Of a stretch of DNA of 64,000 nucleotides, positions 38,462-52,300 are shown piece after piece. Made by a program: the position numbers and the translations under genes. The first letter of the stretch is position 1, and every line of letters starts with the position of its first letter. This stretch comes from Carcharhinus amblyrhynchos. Lineage: Eukaryota. Below the pieces are notes generated by a model that searched no databases, was not told where the DNA came from, and saw only the letters and a program-made list of their open reading frames with translations. The stretch spans positions 86,180,001 through 86,244,000 of the forward strand of contig OZ336877.1 in NCBI GenBank assembly GCA_965287045.1. The letters are read 5' to 3'.

Positions 38462-39235
38462 CTGCAACAAGAGGAGTAAAAATAAATGTTAGGCCTGTGG
38501 CTGTTCAGAATAGACTGCTCCACTCAATACACACAACAGATACAAAGAGACCAAGCTTTAAAAACAATAACCTTGCAGACAATGACAGTGAAGGTTTCTT
38601 CCACCGTAGGTTAAACACGCCAGCAACAACTGTGTGCTCTGTAGCATGTCTTAGTTAAGTCTACAGCAAAGAGAAGTTCTGGAGCAAGAATTCTACTATA
38701 CGTTACTCACAACTGAGTAAGCACAGGCTGAATTCTACTTTGCTTTTACTGGGGAGGACACATCCAGCATGGAAACATCTGAAAATAGCATTGTCAGTCT
38801 AAAGTAAAACAGGTGTACAGATCCAATACTAAGCCAAGTACGAAGGTTATATTTATCTGAGCACCTGCCAGAAGAGCTCCAGTGAGACCGTCAGGGTTAA
38901 AGCATCACAGGGATTAAAATAAATAAATTTAACCCCAAAACCGCAACAGGATTTAATTCAAAAGAGTTTTAGTTGCTCGGACTAATTTAAGACTATCGTT
39001 ACATCAGAAGCCCCTGAGAGGCCACTTAACTTAATGGTACAGCACCCTCTAGGCATCTCACACCTAGTGCACGCACAACCTGCATTCTAATACCAGCAGG
39101 TAATGTCTCTCTGACTTTCTCTCCCTTCCCCTTTACCTATACAGTACAAAACTTCTTGTTTTTTTTGCAGAATAATAAAAATTAAAATAGACAAATGCGC
39201 CAAAACTAAACTTAAAGTACAATATTTCTAATTAC

Positions 39236-39373
39236 ATGTTGTTGGTGTGAATGAGCTAGTTCGAGGTGCTCCTTGATTGGTTGGAGGAGGTGGCATCGTT
39301 GGAGGCGTCAACCTGGATTGTGTTTTTACATCTGCAGGAGAGTCTGGCATCGTGGAGCGCTTCTCAGTGCGAT
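39236..39373 (-). CDS. RUNX1T1: RUNX1T1 coding exon 2 (138 nt)
   Basis: cctacag acceptor, GTAAT donor. Encodes (D)[45 protein letters not shown], diagnostic for RUNX1T1 versus CBFA2T2/3. Confidence 0.97.
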
Positions 39374-40359
39374 CTGTAGGAGCAAAAGAGGATTGGAGTT
39401 ATTCATTTTCTTCCACAGGGCACCGGTTTCTCAGGAAACTGTCAACTCTATCATTCCACTTCAAAAAGGGCAATTCTAGTGTCCAAAAATAGAAATTTCC
39501 TTGGTTTAATCATTCCCTGATCAAAAACAATTGTAACGAGGTATGTTGCAGATGGCGTCATCTCATTATTAATGTGGAGAGATTACCACTTTGTCCTCAA
39601 AAAATGTAAAGATGCTTTCTTAGTCCAAAGCATGATCCAAATTTCATGTCAACAGTTTCTTCTAATTAACAATTCAAATTCATGTAAGTATAAGAGGAAA
39701 AAGTAATGTCGTGAAGACCCTGAAGGTAAATGTTTGAAAAGCCTGCTGCACAGGTAAGACACTGGCACAATCTCAACCAAGTACATGCTATCTCCGAGAC
39801 AACACCTGATGCCTCCTAGTTTTGTTTTGGCAACGAAAGTACATGTGTTAAATAACTGCATAAGCAGCAATCTGGAAACTCAAGGCTTTTGGACACTAGA
39901 AAGGAAGCATGATAGTTTCAAAATCATATTAAAATAAAATGCAAAGCCAGTTCTAAATATTTTATTGAGTAAAATGAAAAACAATTGCTGAATGTAAGGT
40001 TGATTCTGACAGCTACTAAATGCTGTATATGCTCAGTAATTTACTGCAGATGAATACGTGTCTCATTTAATCAGAGCTACTTTAACAAGTCGTAGTTAAT
40101 TCTTGCACTCTTTCTATCAACAGTTTCAACGTGGAACACTATTTTTATCTGATCTCTAGTTAAATATCATACTTCAATTTTCAAATGTTAATAGAAATCT
40201 ATAAATGTGATATAGTTAAAAGAAAGCTTTTCATACCATGTTACTGCTCAAATACTTAAAGGACTGAGTTAAGATTTTAATCAGGATAAGCCCCAGAAGA
40301 TCTTGCAGCAAACAACACATCTTGACCGTTCCTTCCAGTGTACTTATGTATTCTCATAG

Positions 40360-40732
40360 AAACACATAAAATCCTGATAGGACTGGACATGTTAGATGTA
40401 GGAAGAATGTTCCCGATGTTGGGAAATCCAGAATTAGAGGTCACATTCTAAGAATAAGGAGCAAGCCATTGAGGACTAAGACAAGGAAGAACTTCTTCAC
40501 TCAGGAAATTGAGAACTTGTGGAATTCTCTATCACACAAAGCTGTTGGGGCCAGTTCGTTACATACATTCAAGACGGAGCTGGACTCCTTGTGGCTAAAA
40601 GGATGAAGGGGTCTGGAGAGAAAGCCAGAGTTGGATACTGAATATGCATGATCAGCCTTGTTTATTTAAAATGGTGATGCAGGTTCGAAGGGCTGAATGG
40701 CCCACTCCTGCACCTATTATCGATGTTTCTAT
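40360..40732 (+). mobile_element. CR1 LINE 3' end
   Basis: ...ggaagaacttcttcactcagg..gtggaattctcta...gaagggctgaatggcccactcctgcacctatt...gtttcta. Confidence 0.8.
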
Positions 40733-43700
40733 TGCACCTCTTCTGCATAAATTATTCCCCCATATTTTGCATCCTCTGTTATTCTTTTTCTTAGCCTTCT
40801 CATCCTTACCTTGGCTTTCTTGAATCCAGAACTCAAATCAGTCGTTCTACTTTACCCTAGCAAGAAAACTGGATATATGGGACTCAACTGTGGAAAGAAT
40901 GGAGGCCAGCCAAGATCTTGACCTTAAATGAGTCCAAGTAAAAACTGAGGCTATGATTAGGGCCTCTTGTATTATGCATTTTATGTACAATGCTATTTCT
41001 GATCTATAATGTACATCATATATATAAAACACATACCTACATTACCTTAAACATGAATATTTTGTATGAAATATAACGCTTCTTACTATCTTGTAGGACA
41101 GCTCATAGCTAATTAAAATTAAATAGGAGATGCGTGCACATGGTATAATTACTGTAAAATGTTATTTGATTGATGCTTATTCCTGCAATTCATTGGTCAC
41201 ACACTTCACTACATTACTGGAATCTAAGCAAAGTTTAAGAATAGGGAAATTGCCACAAGTACTCAAATCAGTAATGTACAGGCCAAGGCATCAGGCTACT
41301 TTTAATCTAACTTTAACTGAAAATACCTTTTTAAAAAATCCACATCAATGTAATGAAACCACATAAGGATTGCACCATCAACATTTATCTAGAGCTTCTC
41401 CAGAATTTTTCTTTTTTTTTACTACCATAGCTTTAACAGAAGTTTAAGATCATGAAACAAAAAAATTGGTTATCTTCATACTTGCCACTTCTTTATCTGC
41501 TAGATTTTGCTCTTAATGCCAGTTAATACTTACAGGTTTGGCTATGTTCAAAAGACCATGACTAATTTAACATTTGAGACCCAATCAGCTTGCCAATATG
41601 ACGGTGTTTTCCAGCCTTACTACTCAATAGTGCACCCTGTCTTTTTACCGTGGTACCTCAAGGAGATTAGAATCATACGGAATAAATATTTTATAGTTCC
41701 AAAGCCCAAGACTAAAAACCACATGTTACAGCAGAGAGAGAGAGAGAGTATGCAGTGAATTCAGGCTCTCCCAATAAAAAGGAAAATATTCCTGACATGC
41801 TGGGGCAGTCAGCTTGCCAGGGCTGGTTGGGAGATAACAGTGGGAACTGCTAGCCCATCTGGTTTCCATTCTGCTAACACTCACGCTGTACTGTTAAAAA
41901 AGACTGTCCAGATAACCAGCTCCAAAACACATGGGAGAGAAGCCTGTGGAATTAATCTGTTACTTATACAAGGAGCCTCATATCCCTCATGCTTAAATAT
42001 CACAGCATTCTACAAGTACTGAAGCATAAACTGTAATTATAAATCTGAAATCATGTTACTTCTGTGTATCTCCACACTTTAGCACACACAATTAGTCCTA
42101 ATACAGAACTTCCTTATGAAATCTTGAAAGCTATCCAAAATAGTCACCCAAGCATCTCCATCTGCAGCACAGCTCTGCTGAGGATTAAAACTGCCTCCCC
42201 AACCCGGCAGACACATGCTTCTACTGTGCTGACAGTTTGGTGTCAGCCAGAAGGTTTCATGCACAGCCAACCTGCCTGGATCAGATGGAGCCAGAGCCGA
42301 GAGGTCCTCCAAATTAAATGTAATGCCACCATCTGCAACTCATTCAGTGCTGTTTAGCGCAATCAATTCATGATGGAGATAATGTTGAAGTAATGGGCCA
42401 GTTCTAATCCATATCCAAAAAAAAGCAAGTCTCTAGTAAAGTTGGTGACTTGATGTAAACTCAGAAAATATGGTTTGAGTATTTGTAAATCAGTTCCATA
42501 TGTTCTGGGTAGCAGTCAGGCTGAAATGATGATTTTTGTTTTGCAAAGGCACAGTTTAAGTGTACCAAATAACCTTTGCACCTCAAAATAGCAACATTTT
42601 CTACAATTCTTTATTCAGAATTTAAAAGCATTATCATCAGGATGTTGATTTAACTTCGCTCTCTCCCTCTAGAAGATGGGATCACTTCTTAGAAGTGGAA
42701 GTATGGTATTTCTTTTTTAAGAGTTAACCTGTTATGCCCATTAATTTTCAAATTAAAGGCTGCACGTCAAAGCTTGAATGGAAACAAAAGTTTGCAAGCA
42801 GTGTGAAATAATTTGCATTTGAGATGATGGGGCATACGGCCGAGTCTAAATTGGTTAAAAGACACTGACAGAAAAGGTAAATCAAGCTTGCAAGTTTTTA
42901 ATTGTTTAAATAGAAGCAGTATGAAAATGACTGCCAAATTCCTTTATCTAATAGCCTCCAATATGTGAAAATCCTCAAATGTATGATGCTATATGGAGCA
43001 AATGGAATTACCTCACTACACGCAGTTTCTATTAATTATTCAGTCTGCTTCAAACAACGTGCTCTTTCATACAAGAGGCTGGCTTGGTGGGATCTAATTT
43101 CCAGGGATTATACAGTGTTCTAATGCATGAAGTGATGTGTGCATTGTATCTCCAAAAGTAGATATTCACAGTTTGTGTGAGATAGGTTGAAACATTTAAG
43201 GAATCTTGCAAACGTTTGCTGAAATATTTCAGATTACCCACACTCACTCCTACATATTTCTCTGAATTTAACAGGCGAGTAGCCTGCTTTAGCAAAGCAC
43301 CAGTACATCTTAATTACAAAGGCAGCATACAGTAATGAAGGTTAATGTTTAGAAATGTTATCACCAACCAAGGGAGATAATTGGAAATGTCCTCAATTGC
43401 AAATGAAACTTATGCTGAAATTTAAAGCCAATATGTCATGTTACGCCCAAATCCCATGCACTGTGGTAGATTGGGGTCTCTTCAAAATGAATGCCTGAGA
43501 GTGCAGTGAAAATCTTCCTGTGAGCCAAAAAGCTTGGGATGATGATTCTGTAACCAATGCTGAATATGTCTGCACTTGTGACCCAACCCCTTAACTCACG
43601 CTGTTTGATAGCAATTATCTCTGTAATTAGAGGTTGGATAGGAGAATTGGTTTACGATTCTAATAAGCCACTGGTAAGTTTGATTACAATCCAACTTGTG

Positions 43701-43856
43701 TGTTTACATAAATAAGCAGATCCACCACTGCAGCAGATGCATGGGGTGCACGTCTCTTGTGGTGTGTAAAAAAAAATCTCGTCCTGTAGAACACAGGTGG
43801 AACATGCAAGACACGATCATCAAGATTCAAAGGCAGTCTTGGGAAGGAGAGCTCAC

Positions 43857-43893
43857 TTGGTATGCGGGGGATGGCTTCTCGCCTTGAATACAT
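43857..43893 (-). CDS. Candidate alternative first coding exon of RUNX1T1 (MYSRREAIPRIP)
   Basis: ATG with A at -3, 12 codons plus 1 nt, then CAA|GTGAGC donor. Phase 1 matches exon 2. Prediction only. Confidence 0.4.
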
Positions 43894-45166
43894 TATGAAC
43901 TTGCAGCACACTAATATGCCATGCAATCATAAGCACCAGATGGAACAGTGTGCAGTACATGTCCCATCAAACCTCTGCTTGTCAGGAAGATGTATTAGTG
44001 TCCCTGTACTGTTTTTTTTCTGCAATCCCCCAGTTGTCCCCTTAGATTTTTCACATTTCTTAGCATTCGGCTCCTCGATCCCTGAAGTACACATCCCCCG
44101 GGTTGCCTCATCTGTACCAGGTGGTTCCAAAAGTAGTTTTATTCCATTATATTAAATAAGGTGAGGGCTGTGGGACTGCAGCAGGCTATGTGCACAGTGC
44201 CTGCGGGAAAGCTACCAATTGGTGTAGCACAAAAGCTCACTCAGATATTGTTTTAAAGACAAGGTCAAAGGCCTTTTAATTTAAATCCAACAAAAATGGT
44301 GGCAGCATTCTTTCCCTAAGACTATACTGCTAACTGTATTTTGGAAATGTGAAGTAGACACCACCTTTTACTGAGTTCTGTGCTCCTGTTTTAAAATTCA
44401 TTTAGAAGGGGAAGCCATTACAGTGGAGAAATATATTCCCTATTTGTTTGTTACACTTACATGAATCAAGCTGAATTTTTAACAGCATAGCAGCAGTGTA
44501 CTGTACATTAACCTTTGAATAACAATTCTTAAGCTGTCTTCAGTGGATTTCTGTGCCTATCCTGGAATAGCTACAGAAAGCCAAGCCCCGAATTAAAATA
44601 CTGCAACATAAAACAAAATGCATGACGCTACAAGGCAATATTTAGGCAAAAAGCAAAAAAGAATGCATGCTTAGGATATTTTGCAGAAAAAGTAAACAAA
44701 ACATGAATTTAATCCCTAAATGGTGATGGTGTGCAGGTTATAAAAAGCATTCCTAATTTCTAAATTTATCAGAGCACTTCCTTAGATTTTTCAAAACTAA
44801 GTGTTTCATATTTTGTACTCTTTGCCCATAGTAGGATGCAGCTTGTCTGGAGAAGCCATATGTGACCCATATGACTCTGTGGTAGACGACTCTTCAGGAT
44901 GCTGCTGCAACAAAGCTGCCACAGCATATGAGGTCTCTAGACCCGTAATATGAAAATCATTTGGTTCATTAGATTAGTCATCCTCTTATAAACAAACGGC
45001 TAATGTTTTAGTTTGTGTTTCGGGGTGACTGGTATTATTCAAGCACTTTATTTTTTAAGACAAAGTCGACAGATCAATCCCCAAATCATTAGCGGGAACC
45101 TGAGCCAACCTCTAAACTATAAGACTGAACCATAACTAATCTTATGTGAAAGCATTTTTACGGAAA

Positions 45167-45495
45167 CAAGCATGGTGGCAGAGTGGTTAGCACTGCTGCC
45201 TCACAACACTGGGGCACGGGTTCAATTCCTGGCTTGGGTCACTATCTGTGTGGAGTTTGCACACTCTCTCCGTATCTGCATGGATTTCCTCCAGGGGCTC
45301 CGGTTTCCTCCCACAATCCAAAAGTCGTGCAGGTTAGATGGATGGGCCATGCTAAAATCGTCCAAAAGTGTCATGGGGACTATCAGGGTAAATACATGAC
45401 ATTATGGGGAGAGGGCCTGGGTGGGACTGTTGTCAGTGCAGGCTCGATGGGCTGAATGACTTTCCCCTGCACTGTCGGGATTCTCTGATTCTATG
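45167..45495 (+). mobile_element. HE1-type SINE
   Basis: Full-length copy with tRNA head and ttctatga tail. Confidence 0.88.
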
Positions 45496-47894
45496 AAAAG
45501 AATATGGATTTCTGTCATCTTGCAGAAATAATGAACAATCTGACATGCCCTCCAGAAAACAGATTGGACACCTTAGAGAACAAAGCATGATCTGCTGTTT
45601 GTTGGTAATGGTCAAAGCACAATAAGTACTTCACTTTCCCCATAACTTTAAATATGTGTACTGATTTTTAAGAAGTCTTCATTGAATTTAATTGAAAATC
45701 CAGGATGCAATAAATTGCCTAATTTCAGGCTATTTCAAGCTGTGCCACAGAAATGTGTTAAAGTAAAGTTTAATCTTCAAATAAAATGCAGGTAAGTCTT
45801 CTATACTTATTTAAAAAAAGACTGGCGGCAGAATGGCTGTTTATTTCTACTGGGACTTGCACAGTGCTGTCTGCAAGTGTTTTGAAAATATCACATGACA
45901 TAGCCATGTGTTAAAAATTACAGCCAGTTAAGTTCTCTGCTAAGAAAAATATGTGGACAATTTATGAAATGCGCCCCAGGATGGAGATGTCCTAAGTAGA
46001 ACCAGATTCTGAAAACAGAACCAATTTTTGAAATGTAAAGAAAAAGAGCTGTGGCCACATCTGGACAGCAGAAGTTAAGAGGGTGGTCTGACCTAATGCC
46101 AGGCCATTTCTAACAGAACAGTATCATTTTGTACTACAATGACCATGATCACTGATGGCCTTTCACGGAAATGACCCTGAGCAATGCCAGATGCATTAAT
46201 GGTTCTGTATTTATAAGCCTGCATCTGTTCTTTCGAAGTACTGTACAGGGTTCACAAGATTTGCTTTGTGAAATTGTACACTATAGTAGCCTCTCACTGA
46301 ACACTCTCCTATAAACACAATGGCCTGACGGAACACACAGTTTACTGTCTGTATATTTATGGGAAAACCATATCTAAATCCATACATCAATACATCCTGT
46401 ACTGATATACACACCAATATACACTCTATTTACACACAAACAATTTAAACAAAGTAATGTAACTCTCAAAAGACAGAGGTCAACACAAATACTTGTTTAC
46501 ACCAACAACATTCTATAACTTGTCGTGCATTTGAAATGTTGGAAGAAACGCAAACATAAATGAGGCCAAATGAAAGCCCTGCCCTTGTTAATGCAGGAAG
46601 TGTGATTTTTAACATTTTAAAATAAAATGTTAGGTTGTTCACTTTTTTGTATTTGCTGTAGTTATCTTTGTTAAAACAATTTCATGCTTTCTTAACTTGA
46701 CATTTTACTTTTTTATATTCTGCACTACTAATGATAATATAAGTTAGAGATTTTGTTTTAACAGTGAAGAATATGGAAAAGGAATTCTCGGGTGGTTATG
46801 GCCATTTTGTTACTGAAGTACAGCATCAAGCATGCAGACTTATTGGTTAAAAGTTATGCAATTTGATTTTAAAAACAGCATGGAAAACACACTGTTACAA
46901 TCAAACCTATGTCCACATTAGAGTTAAAAGAAGTTCCTGAGCTAAGCAGGTACAGAGTTACAAAATTGCCTTCATCATCTGAGCTTTAGCAAGCATTTAG
47001 AGTCGTTACAAAAGATTTTTAAATTAACAGTAGTGCAGCTAGAGTTTATGACCCCAATTACTGTGTTTTTTTTTAAAAGTTATGATTGTACAAATCTTAT
47101 CCTCAGTGCAAAAGAAAGGCCAAGTACAACACCATGGGCAGATTGAGAAGACCATCCTAACAGACTATAGTACAGATGGGTGTCAAGAAAAATAGCCAAG
47201 TGTCAGATATGCTCAAATAGATTAAATCCTGCACATGCTTGTGGTTGCACACATCTGTTATCATGCACCACATTACAAAGGCTGACAGTATAGTATAGCA
47301 CACTAGCTTTAACGTATCACCAGGAAAACAATAAGAATGTACTCAGGTGTACAACTGCAGCCTGAAATCTATTAACAAAAACATATTTTAAAAAATGAAC
47401 AGGATAAGTACAGATGTAATGTAGAATTCAATAGCTCTGCAAAATGGACAAAACTGCCCTGTCGGTTGACTAAGACCACACAACAACTCCCCTAAGAAAA
47501 ATCTTCTTCAACAACTGGCAATACCTATACACAGCAGTACAAGCAAGCAGATACAATTTCAAAACACCATCTGCAAAGTGTACTCTCCTTTAAACTGCAA
47601 CCACTTCTGGACATATAATCAAATTATCTGCAAACAGACAGCTGTGCGCTTTTGGTCTCTCCTGATACATATTTTATCTTAAGAATAAGACAATATAACA
47701 CTATCAGTCACATGGCTTAACAGTTATTACACACTGTATGACTAATAAAATGTGACACGTTGCACACAAAACAAGACGCTATCATCAAGTCAATAAATGG
47801 TTATAATATCACTTTGAGGTTGACAACAACTAGAATAAAATATCTTGTCAATATTAAATACGACTGGTGAACAGGTCACCTCTGTAAGACTCAC

Positions 47895-47901
47895 CTGGCA
47901 T
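47895..47901 (-). CDS. RUNX1T1: RUNX1T1 first coding exon, MTG8a-type (M-P-D start)
   Basis: Minus strand reads gtaATGCCAG|GTGAGT, a consensus donor. ATG CCA G joined to AT of the next exon gives MPDRTEK, the known MTG8a N-terminus. Confidence 0.88.
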
Positions 47902-49300
47902 TACTGAATGAGCTACACACCTCTACCCTCTAAAAAAAATGCAAAACTGGAGTCAGCAGACCTACTGTCTCCTGCTCTGGAATGATCAGAAAAAAAACAG
48001 ACAGCCATAAGGCTTGCTGCGGCACCCTACCTAGAGGCAGGAAACTGGGTGCGTGCTTTTGCCAGGCAGAGACAGATGGAGAGCTGACACTCCGAATTGT
48101 ACTTGGAGCAGAAATGTGAATGATGACAGGAGCACATGTGGCCTTGAACCAAGCCCAATCTCTTCAGGCAGAACAATGACATGGATGTATGCACAAATTA
48201 TCTCTGCCCGAGACCCTCATCTGACTTCTTTTACTGTACCTTTCTTACTAGCTCCAACGCAGGAGAGGGCACGGAAGACGTCAGACACAGGGATATATTG
48301 CTGTGAAGTCCTCAAATAAGCTGTGTCGTTCCTTACAAAAACGGAAATGTAAACCTTTCCTTCTTTGATTTGTTTGTCCCCAGTCTTTGCAATCCTTCCA
48401 CTACGCTGCTTGTAGCATTCCTTCTGCTTTCCTTACAGCATATGATTCACATGTGTCTGAATGCAGATCCCCCAGCAATCAGCCTCTGTCAATGCAAATG
48501 CATTTTTTCCCCGTAGCCGCCTTAAACCGCTGATGAAATCCATGTGGGAACACAGGAAAAACTGACCTTTTTTTGAGAGCTATGAATATGCTCTGTTCAC
48601 ATATGGATCAATCCATGGCTCTCTGACAACTGATGTCAGTTAACAAACACTCACAGCAGTGCTGCAGCCAATAAGCTGTTTCCTAATGTAATGCAGCTCT
48701 TTAAGAAAAAAAATCCAGTGTTGTCAGGAGCACCTCAAAGGGTTATGAACAGCAATAATTGTCAGCTCTTCGACAACATACACCAGCTATCAAAGGATTA
48801 TACCACAGATGTGCATTTAAGACAACAAGCAATTTCACTCTTTTTTTTTGTCTTTCTTCTTGAAACAGCTCTTCTAAGTGCCAGGACCATATCCTCACAA
48901 CAGTAATTGCGGCTTCAAATTGATCCACATTAACATGAACCAATTCCTCAGGGATTCTCACCTAGTGGTCTATCAGTGAAAGGAATGACAAGACAAGGAT
49001 GCTTATGCATCGGATACTCCTCCAGTGTTTTCTGTAACCGTCAGCTGCATCAGGCCTTTATCTTTAGGTTATTTAATTACAGAAAAGGTGCCACACATGT
49101 GGCTGCCTCCCCCAGTTTGGTTTAACCCAAGCGGCTGTGATTTGCAATCAATGCGATTCACTTCACTTTAACTACTCTTGATATTAGGTGGTGGAAAATC
49201 ATCGTCTGCCGTCTGAAATGCAAACATAATTCGCTGGCACCGACAAACAATCTTTAATAATGACAAGATCAACCCATGTCCTCTGATGCAAATATTTTTA
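47902..49300 (-). promoter_or_regulatory. 5'UTR and proximal promoter region of the MTG8a-type RUNX1T1 transcript
   Basis: Repeat-free sequence with retained CpGs directly upstream of the ATG exon, and a CCAAT box (gcagccaataag, about 48663). The TSS cannot be determined from sequence. Confidence 0.55.
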
Positions 49301-52300
49301 TTCAAGACAATACCAAAGGATTACATGTATAGCATAAATAGTGGATTCAGTTCTAAACCATTTGTGTATTCTTTGAAATAAAAACATTTGAACACTGAAT
49401 TAAATTCAAATATTAATCATTGTTTTGGCATCCTAACTCAAAACATATTGCCACTGGGTGAGGAAAGTATTGCAAGTGATGATTTAATCTGTCAATTAAA
49501 TAATGGAAATAAATAAAAATCATATTGGAACTAATCAGGAAACATTGAAAGATCTAGCTTTTAATTCAGATTTTAGGATGGTAATTAACTATATTAGTAC
49601 AAATCAAAATCTTTAGATAGAAGATCAGATGATCAGCACACTATTAAATAACTAAGAAATTAGCAGCACAGATAAAGGTATTAAAATTACCAGAACTGCT
49701 TACCCAATGAGAGCAAAAAATCCTAACATGCATTTCACAAGATCACACATCAGGAACAATAACACAGGCTGTATCAAGACTTTTCTATAGGACAGCTCAA
49801 CTTCAGCTATCTACTCTTTGGCCACTAATTGCCAACGTGCATCTGATACACTGTGAATTCATGACTTCACACAGTAGGTATTAAGTGAGTTAATTCTAAA
49901 GAACTGAAACCTCATTGACACAAATTGAAAGCAACCAAATAGTTTTCTACCCCATCTGCTCCTGCTTCCCATTGGGCTTTCATAAAAGAATTAATAGTTT
50001 CATATATTCAAACCACCAAATAAAAGGACTCATTTAAGTTAGGCTGCATTAACAAAAGAGGAAAGAGAATAATAATAAAAAGGCAAAATGAATTCAAATA
50101 AAGCATTTTACTCTAAGAGTTTGCTTTAACAAAGTTGAATGAAGCCTTTTCTGACTTTTGTGCAAGACTTGATAAACTGAATAACATAGCAGTCAATGAT
50201 CAGCCAATGATCAATTGATGAATGGTTATTAAGATCCCCTCATCTCATGGTAGGTCTTTCTACAAAATGTCACACCAGCTTGGAGGGCGGATTCACCAAT
50301 GTACAAATTTCCCTGCTTGCTTGTTTCCCTTTCATTCTCGGACCACTGGCCATCAATTGGGTTGACATATTGGAAAATAATCTTTTATGGCCAAATGGTA
50401 GTGAACAGAAATGAAGGCATTAGCATGCTTTGAAATTCAAATCTCCCATTTTTGACTCTAAAGAGTCTGATTTTCCACACAGCTGGAAGCTATTAGTGTT
50501 TTCTTAAAGCCTCCTGCTGGCAAGGCTGACCCACCCATGTGAAATCTGTCAGGGAGGGACAACTCTTATGCTTCTTCATAACCAGGCCAACAGTGTTGTT
50601 CAGTTTCCTGTGCTTCGACAGCACCACAGCTGAAGTGTTTCTCTACAAGCTTAATCACCCAATTCCCCCTCCCCCCCTCCGCTTTATTATCTGACTGATG
50701 ATGAGTTAGCTCTGTTGAAATGCAAGGGTGATAGTTTATGCTTCAATTAACTTTCCCTCCTTTGCACTAAGAGACAAAAAAAACATAGGGCTGCAGTGTG
50801 TTGTTTGCCATCTGGACTACTTTTCTGAAAGTTACCCTACCTACACCACACTTCAGGCAAAAACTTCAAGGCCTTCCCTCATTCTGTTGATCTGTCAGTG
50901 GCAAGCTAAATTCATTTTTTTGCAGACGTTTGCTGTAGATTAAAAGTATTGTTGATCACTTGAATGGAGCTGGTTACACAACACATTTTTTGTTCTTACT
51001 TTCCCAATGTTTATTTCTTCCAGCAATTAAAGATTTACCAAAAGTCCACCTGACAATGTATTTATGGCAATAATGTGCTGACATGAATCAATTAACTGTT
51101 CAAACACATTGAAAGTTTATAACCACATAATGGTTGCTTAAAACCTTCAAATATGGCAGAAAAAGAATGATTACTACCACATTTTAAGCTCAATAACAAA
51201 TGTTAGCAAAGCATTTCATAAGAAATTCTGTGACGAGGTCACTTATACAACTGAAAAGCAGAAAGATTAAACCACTAGATGGAGCTGGTAATACAGCACA
51301 ACAGACAATTTGTGTTGGCATCAGCTGTTCAGGGGTTTGTAGACATTACGGTTTACAAAAAAACGACCAGGAGACTCATTATCTCCTCATATCTGTAAAA
51401 ACCTTTGCTTTTCACAGGTAGCCACAGCTTTTATCTTGTGGATCCAAAAATACTTAAGTCGAAGATGCTTGTATTTCCCTCATACAATATGAACATAAGT
51501 GAAAATGTATAATAATAAAAAAAATTCAAATTCAGATAAACTGACAATGCAAATAGAAGCAAGTGCATTTTTTTAATGCTGTCCTCTTTTTGCTTGCAAA
51601 TAACTTATGTTATTTAGATTCACTCTCTGCAAAATATACATTAGTCGATTAAAAATATATCTAGCAATGCTTTTATACTTTTTTTTACGTGGTTATCATA
51701 TGTGGTAGAAACAGTATAAATTCCAATCTCGGATACAGGGAGGAACAGAGGGAGCAAAGAGCCAATTCCTTTGTCCACGACAACAGGCATCTATCAGTGC
51801 TGAAGGGGCTGGGAGAGAGCATTACTGGCAGGAACCCGAATTCCTGACCAAACCCTCTTCCACACAATGAATCCTGAATGAAAGGAACCCAGGCCAGGCA
51901 GAGATAGCATGCTGTCAGGAACCAGCCCTGACGTTTGTGAACGGACAGGACTGGCTTGCAGGATGTCAGAGCAACAAACTGTGGCCCAAGATACAGAAGT
52001 TTCACACACTTGTTACTGGATGTTTTGCTCCTCAGGTTGTTAAACACGGAAGCAGGAATGTAATGCATGGGTCTGACCCATGCTATGGCTCCACAGAAAC
52101 TCAGATCTGCTTCCGCTAGAACTTGCTGGAGCATCAACAAAAAAAAGTATGGTTTTTCTCTGAACCACCCATACGTTAGAGTTTTGTATAAACCACAAAT
52201 GTGTGCATTTGTATTTTTTTTAAGTCTTATATTTTAAAGCTGAAAATGTTAACAATACTCTACAAGCAAAAGACAAAAACTCATTCTTTGACAACATTTT

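Noticed and set aside
51685-52140. 151-aa minus-strand ORF upstream of the gene
   Set aside because: No recognisable domain or coding-like composition; probably chance.
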